A stretch of 55,235 nucleotides of DNA, taken from a virus. The notes below the pieces were generated by a model. The model was given only the letters and a program-made list of their open reading frames with translations. It was not told the DNA's origin and searched no databases. The stretch lies in IMG/VR virus record IMGVR_UViG_3300015203_000003, positions 1 through 55,235 of that record; one strand, written 5' to 3'. The translations under genes and the position numbers were made by a program. Positions 16,431-23,793 of the stretch are shown here, one piece after another; the first letter of the stretch is position 1; each line of letters begins with the position of its first letter.

Positions 16431-17821
16431 GCTATCACGATTTCATTAACGCAAAATCTCAGATCGGAGGCATGGCTGGATTTGAGCCGCTATGGATGCC
16501 GAAGGAGGCGTTCGACTTTCAACGACACCTTGCGACTTGGAACCTAATGAAAGGAAAATCTGCCGACTTCGCGGATTGCGGCATGGGGAAAACCTTCATC
16601 GAGTTAATCTTCGCGCAAAACGTGGTGATGAAAACAAACGGACGGGTGCTGATTTTGACGCCGCTCGCTGTTAGCTACCAGACGGAGCGCGAGGCGGAAA
16701 AGTTTGGCATCGAGGCCAAGGTATGCCGGGACGGAAAACTGGCATCAAAAATCGTGATTACCAATTACGAGCGGTTGCACTATTTCAACGCGGAGGATTT
16801 TGAAGGGGTGGTGTGCGACGAGTCCTCGGCCATTAAAAATTTCGATGGGCAAACCACGGCGGCGATCACGGAGTTTATGCGCCGGATTAAATACCGCCTT
16901 CTCGGGACGGCCACCGCCGCGCCGAACGACTACATTGAACTCGGAACGTCCAGCGAGGCGCTAGGGGAAATGGGATACATGGATATGCTGGGGATGTTCT
17001 TCAAGAACGCGCAGAACTCCCTCCATCCCTCCATGCGAGGGGCTGGCGCACGAGTGAAAAGTTTGGAGGCAACGGCCAAATTCCGATTCCGTGGGCACGC
17101 CGAGCAACAGTTCTGGCGCTGGGTATGCTCGTGGGCGAGGGCGTGCCGGAAGCCATCAGACCTGGGTTTCGACGATGGGAAATTCAAACTGCCAGACCTT
17201 AAAACGCGCCAGCATATCGTCAGTTCCAGAAGCAACCCGGATGGATTTCTATTCCCACTTCCGGCTCATGGATTGAAGGAGCAGGGCGACGAATTACGGC
17301 GCACAGTCAACGAGAGGTGTGAAATGGTGGCGGAACTCGTCCAGTCGCATCAGGGGCCGTCAATCGCGTGGTGCAACCGGAACGAGGAGGGCGACCTGCT
17401 CCAAAAACTGATACCTGGGGCCGCGCAGGTTGCCGGGAAGGATTCAGACGAAAAGAAAGAGGAACTGCTCACAGCCTTCGCTCAAGGGAAAATCGGGACG
17501 CTAATCAGCAAGCCGGTTATTGCGGGCCTTGGCTTAAATTTTCAAGTGTGCGCCCACCAAACGTATTTCCCATCTCACAGCTACGAGCAGTGGCATCAGT
17601 GCGTGCGCCGGTCGTGGAGGTTTGGCCAGAAGCGCGAGGTGACGATTGATGTTGTGACGACAGAGGGGCAGGCCGATGTCCTTTCGAACCTAATGCGAAA
17701 GCAGCGCCAGGCCGAAGAAATGTTCACCAAACTCGTGTCACTTATGGGAAATGAACTGCGGATAACTCAGGAAAACCGATTCACAAAAACTCAGCAACTA
17801 CCCTCTTTTTTATGCCAATAA
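16427..17821 (+). CDS. SNF2-family helicase
   Basis: Motif I DCGMGKT, motif II VVCDESS, motif III LGTATAAPN, and C-terminal helicase motifs (GLGLNFQ, RSWRFGQ). Confidence 0.8.
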   Translation: MSYHDFINAKSQIGGMAGFEPLWMPKEAFDFQRHLATWNLMKGKSADFADCGMGKTFIELIFAQNVVMKTNGRVLILTPLAVSYQTEREAEKFGIEAKVCRDGKLASKIVITNYERLHYFNAEDFEGVVCDESSAIKNFDGQTTAAITEFMRRIKYRLLGTATAAPNDYIELGTSSEALGEMGYMDMLGMFFKNAQNSLHPSMRGAGARVKSLEATAKFRFRGHAEQQFWRWVCSWARACRKPSDLGFDDGKFKLPDLKTRQHIVSSRSNPDGFLFPLPAHGLKEQGDELRRTVNERCEMVAELVQSHQGPSIAWCNRNEEGDLLQKLIPGAAQVAGKDSDEKKEELLTAFAQGKIGTLISKPVIAGLGLNFQVCAHQTYFPSHSYEQWHQCVRRSWRFGQKREVTIDVVTTEGQADVLSNLMRKQRQAEEMFTKLVSLMGNELRITQENRFTKTQQLPSFLCQ

Positions 17822-18810
17822 TCAGCCAAGAAATTCAGCCTCAATACGCCCTATACAACGGGGATTGCATTGAAGTCATGGGCGACCTGCCATCCGCTTC
17901 GGTTGACCTTTCAATTTACAGTCCTCCGTTTTGTGGGCTCTATAATTATTCGTCCAGCGAACGCGACCTTTCCAACTGCGGGAGCTACCCTCAATTTTTC
18001 AAGCATTACAAATTCGTGGTGGACGAGATTAACCGCATAACGAAGCCCGGTAGGATTACGGCGGTGCATTGTATGGATGTTCCCGGGACCGGCAATGGTG
18101 ACACGGCAAAGATGGGATGCGGAGCGAATGCCGGAACCGGACTAATCGACTTCCCTGGTGACATCATCCGGTTGCACGAGCAATGCGGATTTCAGTTCAT
18201 GGCACGCCGCGCCATCTGGAAGGAGCCGCTCGGCGTCCGGCTCCGCACCATGGCGAAAGGATTGGCCCACGCTCAAATCGTGGAGGACTCGACGCTCTGC
18301 GACGTTGCGGGGGCGGATTACCTTCTCACGTTCCGAAAAAAGGGTGTGAACGCGGTCCCGGTATCTCATGAGGTTGGGCTCTTGAATTATGCCGGAGAGC
18401 GCGTCATGCCTCACGAGTTGCAGCAATGGAAGGGGCACAAGGGGAAGCAGACAGAGAACCGTTACAGCCATTGGATTTGGAGGCAATATGCTTCCTCATT
18501 TTGGGATGATATTCGAATCGACAACGTGCTCGAATATGAGGAGGCGCGGGATCCTGATGACGAGAAGCACTGCCACCCGCTGCAACTCGACGTGATCGAG
18601 CGCGCGGTAGTGCTCTGGTCGAATCCTGGAGAAATCGTATGGACCCCATTTCTAGGCGTTGGAAGCGAGGCATACGGAGCGGTTGTCAACGGAAGAAAGG
18701 CCATCGGCGCAGAGTTAAAAACCTCGTACTACAGTCAATCCGTGAAAAACATGCGTAAGGCGGTGGAGAATTACAAACCGGAGCAATCCGAACTCACTGG
18801 CGTGTTATGA
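17812..18810 (+). CDS. DNA methyltransferase, beta-class N4-C/N6-A type
   Basis: Catalytic motif DLSIYSPPF lies near the N-terminus and AdoMet motif FLGVGSE near the C-terminus. Also contains HCHPLQLDVIER. Confidence 0.8.
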   Translation: MPIISQEIQPQYALYNGDCIEVMGDLPSASVDLSIYSPPFCGLYNYSSSERDLSNCGSYPQFFKHYKFVVDEINRITKPGRITAVHCMDVPGTGNGDTAKMGCGANAGTGLIDFPGDIIRLHEQCGFQFMARRAIWKEPLGVRLRTMAKGLAHAQIVEDSTLCDVAGADYLLTFRKKGVNAVPVSHEVGLLNYAGERVMPHELQQWKGHKGKQTENRYSHWIWRQYASSFWDDIRIDNVLEYEEARDPDDEKHCHPLQLDVIERAVVLWSNPGEIVWTPFLGVGSEAYGAVVNGRKAIGAELKTSYYSQSVKNMRKAVENYKPEQSELTGVL

Positions 18811-18917
18811 AAACCCCGAGCCCCAGCACCACGCACTGCGCCCGCAACGAGCACCAGACGCTCTGCGGCCACGAGGTAGCGACTGGAACCCGGATCGTGG
18901 GTGGTGGGCTACTTTGA
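18807..18917 (+). pseudogene. 5' fragment of a small Zn-ribbon phage gene, truncated by transposon insertion
   Basis: ATG 18807 overlaps the methyltransferase stop (ATGA). The frame runs into the transposon inverted repeat and stops at 18915-18917. The remainder of the gene is at 22087..22149. Confidence 0.7.
18892..18899. repeat. Target-site duplication GGATCGTG, left copy
   Basis: Identical 8-mer at 22079..22086, directly outside the inverted repeats. Confidence 0.8.
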
Positions 18918-18919
18918 AA
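18900..18919. repeat. Terminal inverted repeat GGTGGTGGGCTACTTTGAAA
   Basis: Matches the reverse complement of 22059..22078 (GGTAGTGGGCTACTTTGAAA) at 19 of 20 positions. The GGT(G/A)nTG start is IS1-like. The transposase stop codon lies within it. Confidence 0.8.
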
Positions 18920-19751
18920 TTGTACCGGCACAGAGAATCCCGACCATCTCTTCAAGGCTCCAAACGTGCTGTGCGACACCGGCTTCCATCGCGGGGGTGA
19001 CGCGGAGGGTCTGATGGATGCGGCAAAAATTGTAATGCATGAAGTAAATCGCCAGCGCGTGCTCGTGGTTTTCCAGCTTCTTTGAAAAGGCGTTCGTCAA
19101 CCTCGTGAACCGGCGCATTCCCATCCTCATGCTGAGGTTCTGGCGTTCGGCAAAGCTCGTGGAGATGTGCTTGCGATCCGGCTTGCCGGTCATAGTGGTT
19201 TTCCTAGCCCCCATGCAGATAGCGGGGCTGTAACGCGTTTGTGGGCCGGTTGGCAGATTGCCGTAGAGTTTCACGAGCCGCCCGTAATCAATGTCATTCC
19301 CGAACACATCATCCACGGCGGAGATGTAGGCGTGGTGTCCGTCCGTTGTCAGTTGGACGCGATGGGCAAGACGCCCGGCTAGATCGTGCATGAAGTGGTA
19401 CGCGGAATCGGCATTGCGCGGGCCAACAAACCAGCAAGGGACAAGCTTCGTGTCCGCGTCGATTGCCGTCCAGGTCCAGGCATCACCCCATCCCATTCCT
19501 TTTTGCTCTGTGGTGGCGTTCTTCTCCTTCGCTCCCACAAACGCCCAAATTTCATCGGCTTGCAGGCGCTTGCATTTGAGGTCGCGAAAAACGCGATCCT
19601 GATAGGCGGAACAAGCCGCGCCCATCTCTACCAGGAGACGGGAAACAGTTTTCTTGGCAAACCCGGTCATGCGGCAGGTAGCGCGGAGGCTGTTTCCCTC
19701 GACCATGCACGCAACGATCTTGGCGCGTTCTTCGGTGCTCAACTTGTTCAT
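18909..19751 (-). CDS. IS1-family DDE transposase (single-ORF type)
   Basis: N-terminal HTH (EERAKIVACMVEGNSLRATCRMTGFAKKTVSRLL). WTWTAIDADTKL, QLTTDGHHAY and STSFAERQNLSMRMGMRRFTRLTNAFSKKLENH...RIHQTLRVTPAM match IS1-type transposases from memory. Confidence 0.75.
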   Translation of the reverse strand: MNKLSTEERAKIVACMVEGNSLRATCRMTGFAKKTVSRLLVEMGAACSAYQDRVFRDLKCKRLQADEIWAFVGAKEKNATTEQKGMGWGDAWTWTAIDADTKLVPCWFVGPRNADSAYHFMHDLAGRLAHRVQLTTDGHHAYISAVDDVFGNDIDYGRLVKLYGNLPTGPQTRYSPAICMGARKTTMTGKPDRKHISTSFAERQNLSMRMGMRRFTRLTNAFSKKLENHEHALAIYFMHYNFCRIHQTLRVTPAMEAGVAQHVWSLEEMVGILCAGTISK

Positions 19752-19760
19752 GGGTCTAAT

Positions 19761-19780
19761 ATGCTTAGGCGTCTAAGCAT
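19761..19780. promoter_or_regulatory. Near-perfect 20-bp palindrome ATGCTTAGGCGTCTAAGCAT between the transposase and Panacea genes
   Basis: 8-bp arms ATGCTTAG/CTAAGCAT around GCGT, within the 103-nt divergent intergenic region. Confidence 0.4.
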
Positions 19781-19854
19781 TGTCAACGGGATTTTAAAAT
19801 ATTTGCGTACTGGTACGGTTCTTGGTAAGCTCTACTGGAGAGACAACTGTTCAA

Positions 19855-20400
19855 ATGAACATTAAATTAACCGGATTTACCGATAAACTGGAGGAACTTG
19901 TCCTGTACATCATCGCGATGTCGGAACGAGACCCACGGTTTATGTGCACCAAATTGAACAAGCTGGTTTGGGCTGCCGATTTCGCGTGTTTCTGCGAAAC
20001 CGGCAGCACGATCACTGGCGCAAATTATCAGCGCCAGAAATTCGGACCCGTTCCCAAGGCTATGCCAATCATTCTGGGGCGACTTGAGCGGGAGGGGCGA
20101 ATTGAGATGCAGGAGGTGCAGATTGGAACGAAAGTTGGCATTCGGCCAGTCGCCAAGGCCGCGCCCGACATTTCAGCGTTCTCTCAGCGCCAATTGATGC
20201 TCGCCAGCAAGATGGTTGCAGACAACTTCGGCAAGACAGGAACAGAGTTGAGCGAGGAGAGTCATAAAAAATTGGCGTGGAAGGTTCTGGATAATGGCGA
20301 CGAAATTCCGTTTGCTTCGTGGTTCGTTACCGCTCGGAACCCCACCCCTGCCGAAAGAGCTATAGGGTTGGAACTGGAAGCCGCTCTGGAGCAGAACTAA
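19855..20400 (+). CDS. Panacea-domain (DUF4065, SocA/GepA-like) antitoxin-type protein
   Basis: ATG 19855 (the track start at 19822 is TTG). TKLNKLVWAADFACFCETGSTITGANYQRQKFGPVP fits the DUF4065 core as I remember it. Confidence 0.6.
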   Translation: MNIKLTGFTDKLEELVLYIIAMSERDPRFMCTKLNKLVWAADFACFCETGSTITGANYQRQKFGPVPKAMPIILGRLEREGRIEMQEVQIGTKVGIRPVAKAAPDISAFSQRQLMLASKMVADNFGKTGTELSEESHKKLAWKVLDNGDEIPFASWFVTARNPTPAERAIGLELEAALEQN

Positions 20401-21284
20401 ATATCCTCCATCGTAATCTCGCGGGACGCTTCAGGGACCGCAGGGAACTCAGTATGGGGTGCTTGATCGGTATCCTTGAACGCCGCCTTCGCGGCCTTGA
20501 CGGCTTTCTGGGCCCGCTCAAATTGTCGCTTTGAGAACTGCACGAAGTCAACCAAGGCATCAAAATCGTCTGGCGTAAGTTCTTGTCCGGTAAAGACAAG
20601 TGTCGCCTGATTTGCGCCGAGCGGGATGGTGTATTGAGCGAGCATCTTTTGGCCTTGCGGGGCTACGTGAGCGTGTGGCGTGTAATCTGACAATGGATCG
20701 ACGAGGATAAATGGCGGATTCTGCGTCGATTTTGGTTCATTGGCTGGAGGCGGTTGCTCCTGTTGCTGTTTTGGCGTTTCATCCCTGCCTTCATTTTGTA
20801 CCACAGGCGTGCTGCTGGAATCAAGTTTAGCGAAGGTTTTATTTGCCGTATAGGCTTTGGCAACCCGCTTTGCCCTGTCGAGATTGAACCCATTTTGCAC
20901 TAAGTGACTTACGAGAACGTCCTCAGAGCAGTCATTATAGCCATTATACAGGTCCTCAAAGACTTTTGGAGCCAGAGCAGCTTCTCGAATCGCAGTGAGT
21001 GATTGATCGGTACTGGTTGGGTGCAGTATCCGCAAGGAAAGCGAAGTGACCGTGAGCATGCCCTTGGCCCGGTCAATCAGTCCATATTGCGAGAACCCGG
21101 CCAGCAGCGTGAGCGAGCTGCCCGTCAGCCCTGAATACCCCATTGCCCTGCAAGCCACCTCCGGCTTCACAGGTGAGCGCCCTATTTGAGCGTGGAGCTT
21201 TTTGACCCTAGAAATCGCCTCCTCAAGTTCCACCACTGGAGCCCTGGGGCTTCTGTCTTGATTGGCTATATCGTCGTCATTCAT
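20397..21284 (-). CDS. Hypothetical 295-aa protein: winged-helix-like N-terminus, low-complexity linker, unknown C-terminal domain
   Basis: First ATG is at 21284 (the track start at 21401 is GTG). The stop codon overlaps the stop of the convergent Panacea gene. No family recognised. Confidence 0.55.
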   Translation of the reverse strand: MNDDDIANQDRSPRAPVVELEEAISRVKKLHAQIGRSPVKPEVACRAMGYSGLTGSSLTLLAGFSQYGLIDRAKGMLTVTSLSLRILHPTSTDQSLTAIREAALAPKVFEDLYNGYNDCSEDVLVSHLVQNGFNLDRAKRVAKAYTANKTFAKLDSSSTPVVQNEGRDETPKQQQEQPPPANEPKSTQNPPFILVDPLSDYTPHAHVAPQGQKMLAQYTIPLGANQATLVFTGQELTPDDFDALVDFVQFSKRQFERAQKAVKAAKAAFKDTDQAPHTEFPAVPEASREITMEDI

Positions 21285-21445
21285 AAAGCCAACCGTATAA
21301 CGGATTACACGATACCGCAAGCGGCGAATAGAATAAACCGTATCGTGTCCTGAAAATAATGCTTGTGCTCGCCGGAGCTTAGGGTGTATGCCATGTGGCA
21401 CGCTGAGAAATTGGCTCCAAAAAGTTCCGCTATAAACCAGAAATC

Positions 21446-21727
21446 ATGCCCGCCGCACCAAAACGCCCTATGATGAGGGATGTCCGCTCCGAGCTATCGG
21501 TGGACGCCGATCTTGAGCGTATTTATGGGAGTGCGCAGCTTGCGGACGAATGCATGAGGGGCCTAATGACGCTCCTGTCCAAAGATCCAGAATGCGGGAA
21601 GGAAAGTAGCAAAAAGGTCCGGCTGATAGATTCTCAGGGGTCTGGAATCTGGAAGGTCCTCACTTTTTGGTACACTTTCGATGACGAGTATGTGACGATC
21701 CTGAAGGTGGTGGCGAGCGATGGTTAG
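21446..21727 (+). CDS. ParE/RelE-superfamily-like small protein (toxin-like)
   Basis: 93 aa. The C-terminal WKVLTFWYTFDDEYVTILKVVASDG resembles the ParE/RelE C-terminal beta-strands. A TATAAA hexamer ends 9 nt upstream of the ATG. Confidence 0.35.
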   Translation: MPAAPKRPMMRDVRSELSVDADLERIYGSAQLADECMRGLMTLLSKDPECGKESSKKVRLIDSQGSGIWKVLTFWYTFDDEYVTILKVVASDG

Positions 21728-21739
21728 GATTAGGTGACT

Positions 21740-22003
21740 TCAGGATTTCCGCCACCGTTTAGCCGCTCCCTGCTGCGCGATTTCCTTCCGTCTCTCCGGA
21801 GTGAGGTTAGCTGCCCGCATTTTCCCGCCCTTGCTGCCGCCAAGCTTGCCTAGGATGCTGGCGGCCTGACTTCGGAGCCGCTGCTCTTCATCCGTGATCC
21901 TGGGCGTCTCAGGGAGTTTCGCGGGGGGCGAGCCGGTGATCTGCTGGCCGATCCGAAAGGCGGCTTGAACCTCATCCTCTCTCTTGCTTGGGCGTGTAGG
22001 CAT
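21740..22003 (-). CDS. Small basic protein with a KGGKxRAAxLTPERRxEIAxxxAxxRW tail
   Basis: 87-aa ORF with an ATG start, convergent with 21446..21727. The C-terminal motif recurs in uncharacterised prophage proteins as far as I recall. Confidence 0.45.
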   Translation of the reverse strand: MPTRPSKREDEVQAAFRIGQQITGSPPAKLPETPRITDEEQRLRSQAASILGKLGGSKGGKMRAANLTPERRKEIAQQGAAKRWRKS

Positions 22004-22058
22004 GCCTCACAATGCACCCCGCTGGACACCTCGGCAATCCGATTCTAAACTGTACCGG

Positions 22059-22078
22059 TTTCAAAGTAGCCCACTACC
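22059..22078. repeat. Terminal inverted repeat, right copy
   Basis: TTTCAAAGTAGCCCACTACC is the reverse complement of GGTAGTGGGCTACTTTGAAA. Confidence 0.8.
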
Positions 22079-22086
22079 GGATCGTG
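22079..22086. repeat. Target-site duplication GGATCGTG, right copy
   Basis: Identical to 18892..18899. Confidence 0.8.
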
Positions 22087-22149
22087 CAACAGGAGCCAAC
22101 GTGCCGCCACTGCGCGGAACTTCTGCGTAAGCGGCGCAAACCATTATGA
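22087..22149 (+). pseudogene. 3' fragment of the interrupted Zn-ribbon gene
   Basis: Reads QQEPTCRHCAELLRKRRKPL-stop, in frame with 18807..18899. Its TGA overlaps ATG 22146 of the next phage gene. Confidence 0.7.
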
Positions 22150-22382
22150 GCTACGAATCACGACGAGACGAACAGCGGCAATACGAGTCAGACGTTTTTT
22201 ACGAAGTCTGGTGGCATGGCGGCAATCCAGACCGCATCAATGACGACCGAGTGAGTGACCGATATTATAACGGGGATACGCCTGAAGATGCCGCAATGGG
22301 TGAACTCCGGCGCCAGCACCAGCACGGGCGGCAGGAAGAACAAGAGCAGGAGCAGATGGAAAACGACGGGATTGAACCATGA
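22146..22382 (+). CDS. Hypothetical acidic protein
   Basis: 78 aa with a Glu/Gln-rich tail. ATGA overlap downstream. Confidence 0.55.
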   Translation: MSYESRRDEQRQYESDVFYEVWWHGGNPDRINDDRVSDRYYNGDTPEDAAMGELRRQHQHGRQEEQEQEQMENDGIEP

Positions 22383-23134
22383 CCACACCAAACGAACACG
22401 CCAGAAAAGCTGCGATGTGCATTCTTCGCTGGAAACACGACCATTCCGAATTGCGGATCAGTCGAATTATACAGCAAGCCCTCACCGCCCAGAAGGCCGA
22501 AACACTGGACGCGATCCTGGTTGAGTTGGCAGGACGCGGAGTGCCGACGCCGGAGAAGACCTACAAGAGCGATGGTGGATTGCCCCAAGCGTTGTCAGAC
22601 ATTCGAAGGGCTATTACCGACCGTAACCCTCTACTCAGAGAAGGTGCTGACATGCTGGATTTTACAGCTAACACCATGGAAGAAGCGCAAGCGCGGATCA
22701 AGGAACTGGAGGCCGAATCTCAATACAACTTCGACGCGGCAAACGCCCTAGCAGCAGTGCTGGCGGATCACAAGGAGCAATACGCACAGCTTCAACAGGA
22801 AAACTCCCGCCAAAAGACCGAGTACGCCACCCTCTACGAGCGGTTCCAAGAAAACGAAAGGCTTCGCCGCCAGATGCAACGGCAGGGCGAAGAATTGAGT
22901 GACCAATGCGACAAGCACGTCGCCACCATCATCAAGGGGATGCGGGAGGCGCTGGAGGAAGTAGAGCAGTGCCACCAAGAGGCGGACGAAAACGGATGCA
23001 CCTGTTACTCTGATCCGGATGGGCCTTGCCGTCATTGCAATCCCAAGATGGCCGCTAGCGAAATTACGCGAAAGGCCCTCTCCTTGTGGCAACCGCTCCC
23101 GACTCCCCCGAAGCCATGCGAAGAGAGATCGTGA
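22379..23134 (+). CDS. Coiled-coil hypothetical protein
   Basis: 251 aa with a long charged helical region and a C-terminal Cys pair (CTC...CRHC). Confidence 0.55.
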   Translation: MTTPNEHARKAAMCILRWKHDHSELRISRIIQQALTAQKAETLDAILVELAGRGVPTPEKTYKSDGGLPQALSDIRRAITDRNPLLREGADMLDFTANTMEEAQARIKELEAESQYNFDAANALAAVLADHKEQYAQLQQENSRQKTEYATLYERFQENERLRRQMQRQGEELSDQCDKHVATIIKGMREALEEVEQCHQEADENGCTCYSDPDGPCRHCNPKMAASEITRKALSLWQPLPTPPKPCEERS

Positions 23135-23340
23135 TGATAGGCAGAGGATTTTTCGTCGTGCCAAGCCGGAGCCGAGGCGGCGTTGCCCATGTTGTCGATC
23201 TTGAAAAGAACGAATACGGCGCCGGTCCAAGCTGTTCCTGTGAGGCCAACCGGCTACGATTGGAAAAGTGCTTTCACATCCGCCAAATTGAGAAACTGAT
23301 TTTGAGTGACGCCCTGCGCGCCGCGCTCTCGGAGCCATGA
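23134..23340 (+). CDS. SWIM-type zinc-finger protein
   Basis: ATG 23134 overlaps the upstream TGA. CSCEANRLRLEKCFH fits the CxC...CxH SWIM pattern. Confidence 0.5.
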   Translation: MIGRGFFVVPSRSRGGVAHVVDLEKNEYGAGPSCSCEANRLRLEKCFHIRQIEKLILSDALRAALSEP

Positions 23341-23645
23341 CCGACCTCCGCGAAGACACAGCCCGGCGTCCCCGTCACATCGTCCACCAGACGCGGGAGA
23401 CGCCGCAACCGGACGCGCTCTGGTCGCCACTCTACAGCCCCGAGCTAGTCGCAATCCCCTACCCTGGCCACCCGCCAAAGCTTCAGGAATGGTACGAGTG
23501 CCAACGGTGCGGACAGACACTCCAAGTGACGTACCCGGTGGCAGCGGCAACGCTGATCGCCAACCTTGCGGAGTTCTGCGGCCGGCATGATCGATGCCAG
23601 GGACGGTCCAGCGCTGCGGAAGGCAATCCAGCCATGCCAACATAG
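23337..23645 (+). CDS. Hypothetical protein
   Basis: ATGA overlap. Last gene of this rightward block, convergent with the leftward operon. Confidence 0.5.
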   Translation: MTDLREDTARRPRHIVHQTRETPQPDALWSPLYSPELVAIPYPGHPPKLQEWYECQRCGQTLQVTYPVAAATLIANLAEFCGRHDRCQGRSSAAEGNPAMPT

Positions 23646-23793
23646 CGGGCGATCTCGTAGAGGCACCTTCACGGGCATTCTCGAAGGCCAGAAACGAAAA
23701 GGGCCTGACCCTTTCGAGCCAGACCCCATTTTCTTCGCCCCCCACGGAACTGAGAGCCGCTACCGTAAGCAGCCCAGGAGCCTCGTGGCAACG

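Larger units (their letters stand above)
18900..22078. mobile_element. IS1-family transposon carrying four passenger genes (3179 bp)
   Basis: 20-bp terminal inverted repeats (19/20 match), an 8-bp target duplication, a DDE transposase at one end, and an interrupted host ORF that is restorable in frame. The GC content looks lower than the flanks by eye. Confidence 0.8.

Noticed and set aside
19810-19838. CTGGTACGGTTCTTGGTAAGCTCTACTGG as an internal, degenerate copy of the transposon inverted repeat, which would make a roughly 0.95-kb minimal IS
   Set aside because: Only about 13 of 29 positions match the right-end sequence, which is indistinguishable from chance by eye. The intact inverted repeats and target duplication define the 3179-bp unit.
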